Shown here in pieces: positions 1 through 8,555 of a stretch of DNA of 32,000 nt. The position numbers and the translations under genes are program-made. A model generated the notes under the pieces. That model searched no databases, was not told the DNA's origin, and saw only the letters and a program-made list of their open reading frames with translations. The stretch is from positions 180,001 through 212,000 of the forward strand of contig NZ_CP059223.1 of the NCBI RefSeq assembly GCF_014252415.1, read 5' to 3'. Numbering within the stretch: position 1 is the stretch's first letter; each line of letters begins with the position of its first letter. This DNA is from Candidatus Saccharimonadota bacterium. GTDB taxonomy: Bacteria; Bacteroidota; Bacteroidia; Flavobacteriales; Blattabacteriaceae.

Positions 1-281
1 GATTTATTTATTCTTTTAAAATTTTCTTCTGGACGAAATAAAAAAACTTTATTTTTTTTATCTTTATATGCTTTCATACCTTCAAATACAGCTTGTCCAT
101 AATGAAAAACTAATGATATAGGAGATAACAATATTTTTTCAAATGGTTTAATTATAGAATCTTTCCATCTTCCATTGTTAAATTTTGAAATAAACATATG
201 ATCTGAATAATATTTACCAAAAGAAATATTATTAAAATTTATATTTTTTATTCTTGAACATATAGTTTTTCTTATTTTCAT
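1..281 (-). CDS. ilvE: Branched-chain amino acid aminotransferase, N-terminal part (5' end in window; gene continues past position 1)
   Basis: My translation of the minus strand from ATG at 281-279 gives MKIRKTICSRIKNINFNNISFGKYYSDHMFISKFNNGRWKDSIIKPFEKILLSPISLVFHYGQAVFEGMKAYKDKKNKVFLFRPEENFKRINK. The SDHMF and HYGQxxFEGxKAY...FRPxxNxxR motifs are typical of class IV BCAT. Not in the supplied ORF track because it is truncated. Confidence 0.85.
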   Translation of the reverse strand, partial: MKIRKTICSRIKNINFNNISFGKYYSDHMFISKFNNGRWKDSIIKPFEKILLSPISLVFHYGQAVFEGMKAYKDKKNKVFLFRPEENFKRINK

Positions 282-325
282 AAAATCATTAAATAAAATA
301 TTACAAAAATAAAATTATTTATTTT

Positions 326-2752
326 TTAATTTTCATTTATAATTTTTATTACTTTTTCTATAATATCTTCAACAGAAGGTTTAGAAAAATAATCTCCATC
401 TGATCCATAAGGTGGTCTATGTTCTTTGGCTGTTATGGTATTAGGAGGGCTATCTAAATAATAGTATCCATTTTGATCCTCTAATATTTTTTGCATAATA
501 TAAGCAGAAGCACCACCTGGGACATCTTCATCTACAATTAGTAGTTTATTAGTTTTTTTTAAACTTTTTACTATATCTTGTTGTAAATCAAAAGGAATTA
601 AAGATTGAATATCAATAATTTCACTATTTATGTTAAATTTAAATAACTCTTCGGCTGCTTCATTTACAATTTTCCATGTAGATCCATAAGTAACAATAGT
701 AATATCTTTTCCTTTTCTTGTTTTTTCTACTATTCCAATAGGAGTTTTAAAAACTCCTAAATTATTAGGTAATCTTTCTTTAATTCTATATCCATTTAAA
801 CATTCAATTACTAAAGCTGGATCATCTGATGATAATAATGTATTATAAAAGCCAGCTGCTTTTACCATATTTCTAGGTACGAGGATCAAAACTCCTCTTA
901 AATAATTGATAATCCCCCCTATGGGGGATCCAGAATGCCATATTCCTTCTAAACGATGACCTCTTGTTCTAATAATTAGTGGTGATTTTTGTCCTCCTTT
1001 AGTTCTATATTGTAAACAAGCAAGATCATCACTAATAATTTGTAATGCATATAAAATATAATCTATATATTGTATTTCAACTATAGGACGTAATCCTCTC
1101 ATAGCCAATCCTATACCTTGTCCTATAATAGTAGACTCTCTTACACCAGTATCAAAAACCCTGGTTTTTCCATATTTTTTTTGTAAACCTTCTAGTCCTT
1201 TATTGACATCCCCCATTTTCCCAACATCTTCTCCGAAGATTAATAAATCAGGATATAATTTCAATAATCTATCAAAGTTTTCTCTTAAAATAATTCTTCC
1301 ATCAACTTCTAAAGAGGAATAATTATATGTTGGAAAAATTTCATAAAAATTTTTAAAAGAATAGATAGAATTACTATATAAATGTGAAGAATAATTATTC
1401 GATTCTTTTCTATATTGTGTTTTCATCCATTTAATCAAAATCTTTTTTGAATTTGAATGAATAAATGAATTAGATTTTATTTGGCTTAATGAACATAACA
1501 ATCTTCTTATCGGAAAGAATATAGATTTTTTTGTTATTATATTATCATTATATAAATCATTAGTATATTCTTTAATCCAATTACAATTAGGATGTTCTTT
1601 TTTTATATTTTTTATTATTTCCAATGCATGAAATCTAATTGAATTTATAGATTTTTTAAAATGAATCCATGCTTCTTTTTGTTTTTTTATTACATATTTT
1701 TTTGATTCAATATCTATTTTATGTAAAATATTATGATTTTTTATGATTTTAATTCCATTAAATTTAAAATTTAAAATCCATTCTCTAAATATTTTTAATC
1801 CATCATTTTTAATTTCCCATTTTAAACGATTTTTGGATTTATAATTCTCATGTGAAGAAGAAGTAGAATGTCCTTGAGGTTGAGTTAAATTTTTAACATG
1901 TATTATAACAGGTATATATTCTTTACGAGCTATTTCATCAGCTTCAATATATGTTTTTATAAGATTAATATAGTCGTATCCATTTACTTTAATAATCTCT
2001 ATACCTTTTTCTTTTTGATTTCTACAAAATCCTTTTAATAAATCACTAATATTTTTTTTTGAAAAATGATATTTATTAGGCACTGAAATTCCATATTCAT
2101 CATCCCAAATTGAAATTATTATTGGAATTTGTAATACTGATGCTGCATTTAAAGATTCCCAAAATAAACCTTCAGCAACACTTGCGTTACCAATAGTTCC
2201 AAAAGCAACTTCATTTCCATTATTAGAAAATTTTTTGTGTGTTTTTTTTAAAATTTTTAATTTTCTATATATTTTTGATGCTTGAGCTAACCCTAATAAT
2301 CTAGGCATTTGAGATGCTGTAGGAGACGTATCTGCACTAGAATTTTTTTGTTTAGATATATCATTCCAACATCCATAATTATCCAAAGATCTTGTACTAA
2401 AATGTGATGTCATCATTCTTCCTGAAGAAGAGGGCTCTAATTCTATATTAGAATGAGCATATAATTGTGAAAAAAAATTATTTACAGTTAATACACCAAT
2501 AGCCATCATAAAGGTTTGGTCTCTATAATATCCAGAACGAAAATCTCCATTTCTAAATACTTTAGACATAGCGATTTGAGGTATTTCTTTTCCATCTCCA
2601 AAAATTCCGAATTTTGCTCTTCCATTAAGAACTTCCTTTCGTCCTAAGATGCTAGTTTCACGACTTATTACTGCTAATTTATAATCTTTTATCACCATTT
2701 TTTTAAATGAATCAAAAGATGATTTATTAAAAAAATCGTAAAATCTTTTCAT
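326..2752 (-). CDS. 2-oxoacid (branched-chain-type) dehydrogenase E1 component, fused alpha/beta subunits
   Basis: 808-aa ORF. The N-terminal half carries an E1-alpha TPP-binding region (GNASVAEGLFWESLNAASVLQIPIIISIWDDEYGIS). The C-terminal half is E1-beta/transketolase-like (LIFGEDVGKMGDV...FDTGVRESTIIGQGIGLAMRGLRPIVEIQYIDY). Fused alpha/beta E1 proteins of this size are typical of Bacteroidetes. Lies directly upstream of ilvE on the same strand. Confidence 0.85.
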   Translation of the reverse strand: MKRFYDFFNKSSFDSFKKMVIKDYKLAVISRETSILGRKEVLNGRAKFGIFGDGKEIPQIAMSKVFRNGDFRSGYYRDQTFMMAIGVLTVNNFFSQLYAHSNIELEPSSSGRMMTSHFSTRSLDNYGCWNDISKQKNSSADTSPTASQMPRLLGLAQASKIYRKLKILKKTHKKFSNNGNEVAFGTIGNASVAEGLFWESLNAASVLQIPIIISIWDDEYGISVPNKYHFSKKNISDLLKGFCRNQKEKGIEIIKVNGYDYINLIKTYIEADEIARKEYIPVIIHVKNLTQPQGHSTSSSHENYKSKNRLKWEIKNDGLKIFREWILNFKFNGIKIIKNHNILHKIDIESKKYVIKKQKEAWIHFKKSINSIRFHALEIIKNIKKEHPNCNWIKEYTNDLYNDNIITKKSIFFPIRRLLCSLSQIKSNSFIHSNSKKILIKWMKTQYRKESNNYSSHLYSNSIYSFKNFYEIFPTYNYSSLEVDGRIILRENFDRLLKLYPDLLIFGEDVGKMGDVNKGLEGLQKKYGKTRVFDTGVRESTIIGQGIGLAMRGLRPIVEIQYIDYILYALQIISDDLACLQYRTKGGQKSPLIIRTRGHRLEGIWHSGSPIGGIINYLRGVLILVPRNMVKAAGFYNTLLSSDDPALVIECLNGYRIKERLPNNLGVFKTPIGIVEKTRKGKDITIVTYGSTWKIVNEAAEELFKFNINSEIIDIQSLIPFDLQQDIVKSLKKTNKLLIVDEDVPGGASAYIMQKILEDQNGYYYLDSPPNTITAKEHRPPYGSDGDYFSKPSVEDIIEKVIKIINEN

Positions 2753-2811
2753 TATATTAAATTTTTTATAAAGAATAATAATAGAATTGTTATTATATAA
2801 ATTTCTTTATT

Positions 2812-2819
2812 TATTTTTG
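2812..2819 (+). promoter_or_regulatory. Candidate Bacteroidetes-type -7 promoter box (TATTTTTG, fits TAnnTTTG) upstream of ndk
   Basis: The octamer matches the TAnnTTTG consensus and lies 25 nt upstream of the ndk ATG. A TTG at 2787-2789 could be a weak -33 element. Sequence match only. Confidence 0.3.
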
Positions 2820-2843
2820 GTAAAAAATTTATACCATGTATTT

Positions 2844-3278
2844 ATGATACGAAATTACTATGGAAAAATAACTCTTTCTATCATAAAACCAGATGCAATA
2901 CAAAATGGATATACGTTTCCTATATTAATGATGATATTTAAAGCAGGATTTAGTATAAAATCAATAAAAACAATGAAAATATCCAAAAAATTAGCTATAA
3001 AGTTTTATGATGAACACAAAAATAAATATTTTTTTAGTCATTTAATAGATTTTATTACTTCTGGTCCTGTTTTATCAATGATTTTAAATAAAAACAATGC
3101 AGTAAAAGATTTTAGAAAATTAATAGGAGATACGAATCCAACAGTTGCAAAAAAAGGTACAATACGAAATCTATATGCAACATCTTTAAACATGAATGCT
3201 ATTCATGGTTCTAATTCTAATGAAAACGCTATTAAAGAATCTTTATTTATTTTTTCCAATTCTTCAATTTTATTATAA
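2844..3278 (+). CDS. ndk: Nucleoside diphosphate kinase
   Basis: ORF 2787-3278. I prefer the internal ATG at 2844 (MIRNYYGKITLSIIKPDA...) because the NDK fold begins at TLSIIKPDA. The active-site region NAIHGSNS is present. The upstream 19 codons are low-complexity and lie in the promoter region. Confidence 0.9.
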   Translation: MIRNYYGKITLSIIKPDAIQNGYTFPILMMIFKAGFSIKSIKTMKISKKLAIKFYDEHKNKYFFSHLIDFITSGPVLSMILNKNNAVKDFRKLIGDTNPTVAKKGTIRNLYATSLNMNAIHGSNSNENAIKESLFIFSNSSILL

Positions 3279-3280
3279 CG

Positions 3281-3889
3281 ATGAAAAAAATTTTTTTAAC
3301 ATTTATAATATCTTTATTAGTATTATCGTTTATTATTGGATTATGGAGTATTAATGTATACAATAATTTAATTAAACTTAACGAAAAAGTAAATAACCAA
3401 TGGGCACAAGTTGAAAATGTTTATCAAAGAAGATTGGATTTAATTCCAAATTTAGTAAATACAGTAAAAGGATCATCATTATTTGAAAATAAAACTTTAA
3501 ACCAAGTGATAGAAGCTAGATCAAAAGCAAGTAATATTCAATTAAATTCAAACGAATTAAATCAAAATGAAATAGATAAATTTCAAAAAAAACAAGAAAA
3601 TTTAAATCATTATATGGGAAAATTTTTAATTATACTAGAAAATTATCCCAATATAAAATCTACAGAAAATTTTTATGAATTACAACATCAACTAGAAGGA
3701 ACTGAAAATAGAATAAATATAGAAAAAAATAAATTTAATGAAGAAGTAAATAATTTTAATACCTATCGTAGTCAGTTTCCTAGAATATTACTAGCAAATT
3801 CTTTTAAAATATTTAAAGAAAAAGGTTATTTAAAATCTATTAAATCAAATCAATCTATTACTGTGGATTTTTCTAATTTTTTGAATTAA
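3281..3889 (+). CDS. lemA: LemA family membrane protein
   Basis: 202 aa with an N-terminal TM helix followed by the LemA signature region YNNLIKLNEKVNNQWAQVENVYQRRLDLIPNLVNTVKG. Starts 3 nt after the ndk stop. Confidence 0.85.
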   Translation: MKKIFLTFIISLLVLSFIIGLWSINVYNNLIKLNEKVNNQWAQVENVYQRRLDLIPNLVNTVKGSSLFENKTLNQVIEARSKASNIQLNSNELNQNEIDKFQKKQENLNHYMGKFLIILENYPNIKSTENFYELQHQLEGTENRINIEKNKFNEEVNNFNTYRSQFPRILLANSFKIFKEKGYLKSIKSNQSITVDFSNFLN

Positions 3890-3913
3890 AATTAAACTAA
3901 AAAAAATAGTAAT

Positions 3914-4663
3914 ATGAAAATTTTTTTAAAACAAATATTATTTACATTATTAATTTTTTTTATAAATTTTATTTCAATAATGGCAAATGATTTTCATATT
4001 ACTGATCCTCCTTACAAAATATATCCAATTCAAGATTATGCAAAAATTTTATCAAAAAAACAAATACATAATCTAAATAAAAGTATTATTTCATATTATA
4101 AAAAAACATCTACAGAAATTTTAGTATGTATCGTTAAAACTACTCATAATAACGATATAAATTTAATAGCCCAAAAGTTGGGAGAAAAATGGAAAATAGG
4201 GAAATCAAAAAAAAATAATGGGATAGTTATTCTACTATCGGTAGAAGAAAAAAAAATATCTATTCAAAATGGATACGGGATAGAACCTTATATTACTGAT
4301 ATTTTAACAAATAAGATAATAAAAAAAGTTAAACCTTTATTAAAAAAAAATATGTATTATGATTCTATAGATTATTGTACAAAAGAAATATATAAAAAAT
4401 TAAATAATTCTTTTCAAAAAGAAAAATCTAATACAAAGGCTTTTCCATTTATAATGATCATAATATGGATTATTAGTATTTTCATTATTATATTTATATC
4501 ACCATATATATCACCATATATAATGAGTAATAATTCATTATTAAATATATTTATTATAACAAATTTTTTAAAAAATTATAATGTTGAAAATGATGATGAT
4601 TTTTTTAATGGATTTGGAGAAGGAGGTCATTTTGGAGGTGGTGGATCGGATGAGTCTTGGTAA
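3914..4663 (+). CDS. TPM domain-containing protein (YgcG-like), C-terminal TM helix and Gly-rich tail
   Basis: 249 aa with a signal/TM N-terminus and a TPM-domain core (ILVCIVKTT...IAQKLGEKWKIGKSKKNNGIVILLSVEEKKISIQNGYGIEPYITD). Also has a C-terminal TM segment and a GGHFGGGGSDESW tail typical of this family. LemA followed by TPM is a widely conserved gene pair. Confidence 0.8.
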   Translation: MKIFLKQILFTLLIFFINFISIMANDFHITDPPYKIYPIQDYAKILSKKQIHNLNKSIISYYKKTSTEILVCIVKTTHNNDINLIAQKLGEKWKIGKSKKNNGIVILLSVEEKKISIQNGYGIEPYITDILTNKIIKKVKPLLKKNMYYDSIDYCTKEIYKKLNNSFQKEKSNTKAFPFIMIIIWIISIFIIIFISPYISPYIMSNNSLLNIFIITNFLKNYNVENDDDFFNGFGEGGHFGGGGSDESW

Positions 4664-4669
4664 TAAAAA

Positions 4670-7330
4670 TTATTTTTTTTGTATAGATTTTAGATATTCT
4701 TCTAACGAATTTATCTTTTTAATTGTATCTATTTTTTTTTTTTGTTCTTTTAATATAATTTTTTTTGGGGCAGATAATAAAAAATTTTTATTTAATAAAT
4801 TATTTTTTATTATAGACAAAAATGTTTTAAGATGTTTAATCTTTTTTATAATATTATCTTTATAATGTAATTTTTTAGATTTTATTGAATCATTAAATAA
4901 TAAGAAAAATTTTTCGGAATTTAATAAAAAAAAGTAAAAAGATGAAGAATTTTTTGGTTCATTAGATAATAACACAACTTTTGAAATATTAGCTAATTTA
5001 TTTAATATAGAATAATATTTTTTATTTTCTTTTTTCATGGAAAATAATATGCAAGTTGCATTTTTATTTATACGATTTTTATTTTTTATATTACGTGTTA
5101 ATGATATTATTTTAATTATTCTTTCAAATGAATTAACAACTTTAATATCAAATTTTTTTTTGACAGGCCAAGAAGATATTATTAATGCTTCATTGTTTTT
5201 TCTAATCTTAATTAGATTCCATATTTTTTCCGATATAAATGGAATATATGGATGTAATAATTTTAATATTTTTTCAAAATATTTAATAATAAAAAGATAT
5301 GTTTCTTCTGAAAGATATTTTTTTTTATCTGGTTTAATTATTTCTAAAAAAATAGAACAAAAATCATACAAAAAAAATTTATATAAAATCATTAACGATT
5401 CGTTAAATTTATATTTTAATATATGTTGATTAATAATATCTAATATATAATAAAAACGATTTATTATCCAATTTTTAACACAATACGGAGGTATATATTC
5501 CTCATTTTTTTTAAACTTATTTACTTTTTTTAAACTATTTATCAAACGAAATGCATTCCAAACTTTATTAACAAAATTTCTTCCTTGTAAACATATTTTT
5601 TCATCAAAAAAAAAGTCTTTTCCTGCAATAGTTTTTAAAACTATTCCAAATCTTATTGAATCTGCTCCATACTTATTAATTAAGTATGTATAATCTGGAG
5701 AGTTATTTAATGATTTTGATATTTTTTTATTATTTATATCCCTAATTATTCCAGTAAAAAAAACTTTTTTAAAAGGTTTTTCGTTTTTTAATAAAAAACT
5801 AGACATAATCATTCTTGAAATCCAGAAAAATAATATATCTGATCCCGTTACCATATCATCTAATGGATAATAATATTTAATTTCATTATTATATGGATAT
5901 CTTATTCCATCAAATACAGATAAAGGTAATATCCAAGATGAGAACCATGTATCTAAAACATCTGGATCCTGTTTTAAATCATGAATAGTAAATCTACTAT
6001 ATTTAATTTTTTTCTTAACTTCTTTTAAAGCTTCCTTAAAATTTTTCGCTACTACAAAATCATTAATTCCTTTTCCATAAAAAAATGCAGGAATACGATG
6101 ACCCCACCATAATTGTCTAGATATATTCCAATCTCTAATTTTTTTCATCCATTGAAAATAAATTTTTTTATGTTCTTTTGGATAAAATAATATTTCTTCA
6201 TTTTTAATAGAATCAAAAGATTTTTTTGACATTTCTTTCATTCTTAAAAACCATTGAATAGATGGTATATATTCAACTTCTGATAAAGAACGTTCTGAAA
6301 ATCCTATTTTTTGTTTTAACTTCTCTATTTTTAATAAACATCCTATATTTTTCAATTCTTCAATTACTTTTTTTCTTACATAAAATCTATCCATATTTTG
6401 ATAATGAAGTCCTTTTTCATTCATAGTACCATCTTTATTAAAAATATTGACTACATCTAGTTGATATTTTTCAGACAAATATTTATCACGAATATCATGT
6501 GCTGGAGTAACTTTAAAACATCCAGTTCCAAAATTCATATCTGCACACGAATCTTTTATTACAGGTACAGATTTATTAATAATCGGAATTATCACTTTTT
6601 TCTCATTTAGATGAATAAAACGATTATCGTTTGGATTAACACAAATAGCAGTATCACCAAAAATGGTTTCGGGTCTGGTAGTAGCGATTACAACATATTT
6701 ATTTTTACATTCTATCTTATATTTTATATAATATAAACATCTAATTTTATTTTTATATATTATTTCTTCATCAGATATAGTAGTCATTGATTTAGTATCC
6801 CAATTTACTACTCGGTATCCTCTATATATATATCCATTTTTATACAAATCAATAAAAACTTTTATAACCGATTGATATAATTTATCATCCATAGTAAATT
6901 GAAAACGATTCCAATCACAAGAACATCCTAATATTTTTATTTGATCTAAAATAATTTTTTTATGAAATTCTACCCATTTTAATACATATGATATAAATTT
7001 TTTTCTCCCTAAATCAATTTTATATTTTTTTTTTTCAATTAATTTTTCTACTACTTTTGCCTCTGTTGCAATAGATGCATGATCTAATCCAGGTACCCAA
7101 CATACATTATATCCTTTCATTCTTGAATATCTTACTAATAGATCTTGTATAGTATTATTCAATGCATGTCCTATATGTAATTTACCAGTAACATTTGGGG
7201 GGGGCATAATAATAGTATAAGGTTGACGATTATCTGGATAAGAAGAAAAATAATCACCTTTTATCCATTTATCATATATTTCTTTTTCAACAAATTTATG
7301 ATCGTATTTTTTCGGTATATCAAAATTCAT
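4670..7330 (-). CDS. valS: Valine--tRNA ligase
   Basis: 886 aa. HIGH motif (PPPNVTGKLHIGHALN), KMSKS-like motif (KISKSLNN) and class Ia editing-domain similarity (TTRPETIFGDTAICVNP). Confidence 0.97.
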   Translation of the reverse strand: MNFDIPKKYDHKFVEKEIYDKWIKGDYFSSYPDNRQPYTIIMPPPNVTGKLHIGHALNNTIQDLLVRYSRMKGYNVCWVPGLDHASIATEAKVVEKLIEKKKYKIDLGRKKFISYVLKWVEFHKKIILDQIKILGCSCDWNRFQFTMDDKLYQSVIKVFIDLYKNGYIYRGYRVVNWDTKSMTTISDEEIIYKNKIRCLYYIKYKIECKNKYVVIATTRPETIFGDTAICVNPNDNRFIHLNEKKVIIPIINKSVPVIKDSCADMNFGTGCFKVTPAHDIRDKYLSEKYQLDVVNIFNKDGTMNEKGLHYQNMDRFYVRKKVIEELKNIGCLLKIEKLKQKIGFSERSLSEVEYIPSIQWFLRMKEMSKKSFDSIKNEEILFYPKEHKKIYFQWMKKIRDWNISRQLWWGHRIPAFFYGKGINDFVVAKNFKEALKEVKKKIKYSRFTIHDLKQDPDVLDTWFSSWILPLSVFDGIRYPYNNEIKYYYPLDDMVTGSDILFFWISRMIMSSFLLKNEKPFKKVFFTGIIRDINNKKISKSLNNSPDYTYLINKYGADSIRFGIVLKTIAGKDFFFDEKICLQGRNFVNKVWNAFRLINSLKKVNKFKKNEEYIPPYCVKNWIINRFYYILDIINQHILKYKFNESLMILYKFFLYDFCSIFLEIIKPDKKKYLSEETYLFIIKYFEKILKLLHPYIPFISEKIWNLIKIRKNNEALIISSWPVKKKFDIKVVNSFERIIKIISLTRNIKNKNRINKNATCILFSMKKENKKYYSILNKLANISKVVLLSNEPKNSSSFYFFLLNSEKFFLLFNDSIKSKKLHYKDNIIKKIKHLKTFLSIIKNNLLNKNFLLSAPKKIILKEQKKKIDTIKKINSLEEYLKSIQKK

Positions 7331-7372
7331 AACATATATTAAATATATATATAAATTTTAAATTAATTTATT

Positions 7373-7867
7373 GTGAAAATAATATTAATTGCATCAGTTT
7401 CAAAAAATGGATTTATAGGAAAAAAAAATAAATTAATGTGGAATCTTCCTAATGATTTAAAAAGATTTAAAAAATTAACTTTAGGAAAACCCATTGTTAT
7501 GGGAAGAAAAACTTTTGATTCAATTGGTAAAATTCTTCCTGAAAGAAATAATATCATACTAACAAGAAATAAAAATTTTTTATTAAAAAAAATAAAAATA
7601 ATTCATTCAGAAGAAGAAATTTATAAACTTCCTTATAAAAAAATATATATTATTGGAGGAGAACAGTTATATCATAAAATGATTAAAATAGCTAGTTTAA
7701 TAGAACTAACTTTAGTTCATAAAAATTTTAATGGAGACTCTAAATTTCCTAAAATTGAAAAAAAATATTGGAAAAAAATAAAAGAATCCTTTTGTAAAAA
7801 GGATGAAAAACATTTATATAATTATAGTTTTATAACATTAGAGAAAATAAATTTAAAAATTAATTAA
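7373..7867 (+). CDS. folA: Dihydrofolate reductase (GTG start)
   Basis: 164 aa, (M)KIILIASVSKNGFIGKKNKLMWNLPNDLKRFKKLTLGKPIVMGRKTFDSIGKILPERNNIILTR...IYIIGGEQLY, which are classic DHFR motifs. The codon at 7373 is GTG. Confidence 0.9.
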   Translation: MKIILIASVSKNGFIGKKNKLMWNLPNDLKRFKKLTLGKPIVMGRKTFDSIGKILPERNNIILTRNKNFLLKKIKIIHSEEEIYKLPYKKIYIIGGEQLYHKMIKIASLIELTLVHKNFNGDSKFPKIEKKYWKKIKESFCKKDEKHLYNYSFITLEKINLKIN

Positions 7868-7913
7868 TATTTTTATATATTACAAAAAACAAATATTATA
7901 AAATATATTAATT

Positions 7914-8474
7914 ATGAATATCACTAAAAATTGGATCCCAACAGTTTTCCTATTATTAGGTTTTACCGTTGTATCTTGTAACGACGAAGTTGTGGCCCTT
8001 GATGATGATAGCGGTTCGGTAGTACCTAAAAAAAGTCATTCTGATTCAAATAATGATGATATTTCAGAAAATGATGATGAATTAGATTATGAATATTTAT
8101 CTAACAAGATGAATGATTTAGAAAAAAGAATTAGTAGAACAGAAAGAGATAGAAATAAATATAATAATCGATTTAATGAAATAATGGATTTTCAAAAAAA
8201 AACTAATGAAAAAGGGAAAAATAAAATCCAGTTTATAATAGATCAAGTACCTGACAGTAAAGAATATGGAACAGCTATCCAAGATTTAAGAAAACATGAA
8301 AAATTTGAAAATGAATTAGCAGAAATCATTAAAGATAAAAATAAATTTATTCAATATCTTAATCGTTCATTGCGTGAGATGAAAGAAGAAAAAAATCTTA
8401 TAAAAAGAAAACAAGAAAAATTCTTTGAAATTCAAAGTAAAAAACCATCAGGTATAATCTATTATTATCATTAA
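7914..8474 (+). CDS. Hypothetical lipoprotein with an acidic low-complexity region and a charged, probably coiled-coil C-terminal part
   Basis: 186-aa ORF with a signal peptide and lipobox (FLLLGFTVVSC|NDE). This is followed by a D/S/N-rich acidic segment and then a K/E/R/N-rich region. I recognise no family. The 5' part is visibly more GC-rich than its surroundings, and a strong hairpin follows the ORF. Confidence 0.6.
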   Translation: MNITKNWIPTVFLLLGFTVVSCNDEVVALDDDSGSVVPKKSHSDSNNDDISENDDELDYEYLSNKMNDLEKRISRTERDRNKYNNRFNEIMDFQKKTNEKGKNKIQFIIDQVPDSKEYGTAIQDLRKHEKFENELAEIIKDKNKFIQYLNRSLREMKEEKNLIKRKQEKFFEIQSKKPSGIIYYYH

Positions 8475-8484
8475 CTTTAAAATT

Positions 8485-8532
8485 AAATTTAATAAACGAA
8501 ATATTAAAGTAATTACTTTAATATTTCGTTAT
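8485..8532 (+). terminator. Putative intrinsic terminator: perfect 36-nt palindrome plus T-rich tail
   Basis: AACGAAATATTAAAGTAA (8485-8502) is the exact reverse complement of TTACTTTAATATTTCGTT (8503-8520). The tail ATTTTACTTTTT follows. It lies 11 nt after the stop of the 7914-8474 ORF and before pdhB. Confidence 0.6.
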
Positions 8533-8555
8533 TTTACTTTTTATAAAAACTATGT

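Noticed and set aside
912-929. GC-rich hairpin ATCCCCC-ctat-GGGGGAT inside the E1 gene
   Set aside because: It falls in the codons for the conserved SPIGG peptide (Pro and Gly codons are complementary), so the palindrome is a coding by-product rather than an independent element.
2787-2843. Upstream 19-codon extension of ndk (ORF-track start at 2787) and the TTG start of rsmA at 11874
   Set aside because: The extensions are hydrophobic and low-complexity and precede the conserved N-termini. They also overlap candidate promoter boxes, so I prefer the internal ATGs at 2844 and 11904.
4581-4865. 94-aa plus-strand ORF overlapping the TPM gene end and the valS 3' end
   Set aside because: Low-complexity F/I/L/K-rich translation, antisense to the well-supported valS and out of frame with TPM. 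This is a typical shadow ORF in AT-rich DNA.
5037-5429. 130-aa plus-strand ORF inside valS
   Set aside because: Entirely antisense to valS, with no recognisable motifs and a composition-driven open frame.
7363-7557. 64-aa minus-strand ORF overlapping folA
   Set aside because: Antisense to a clear DHFR gene, with no motif support.
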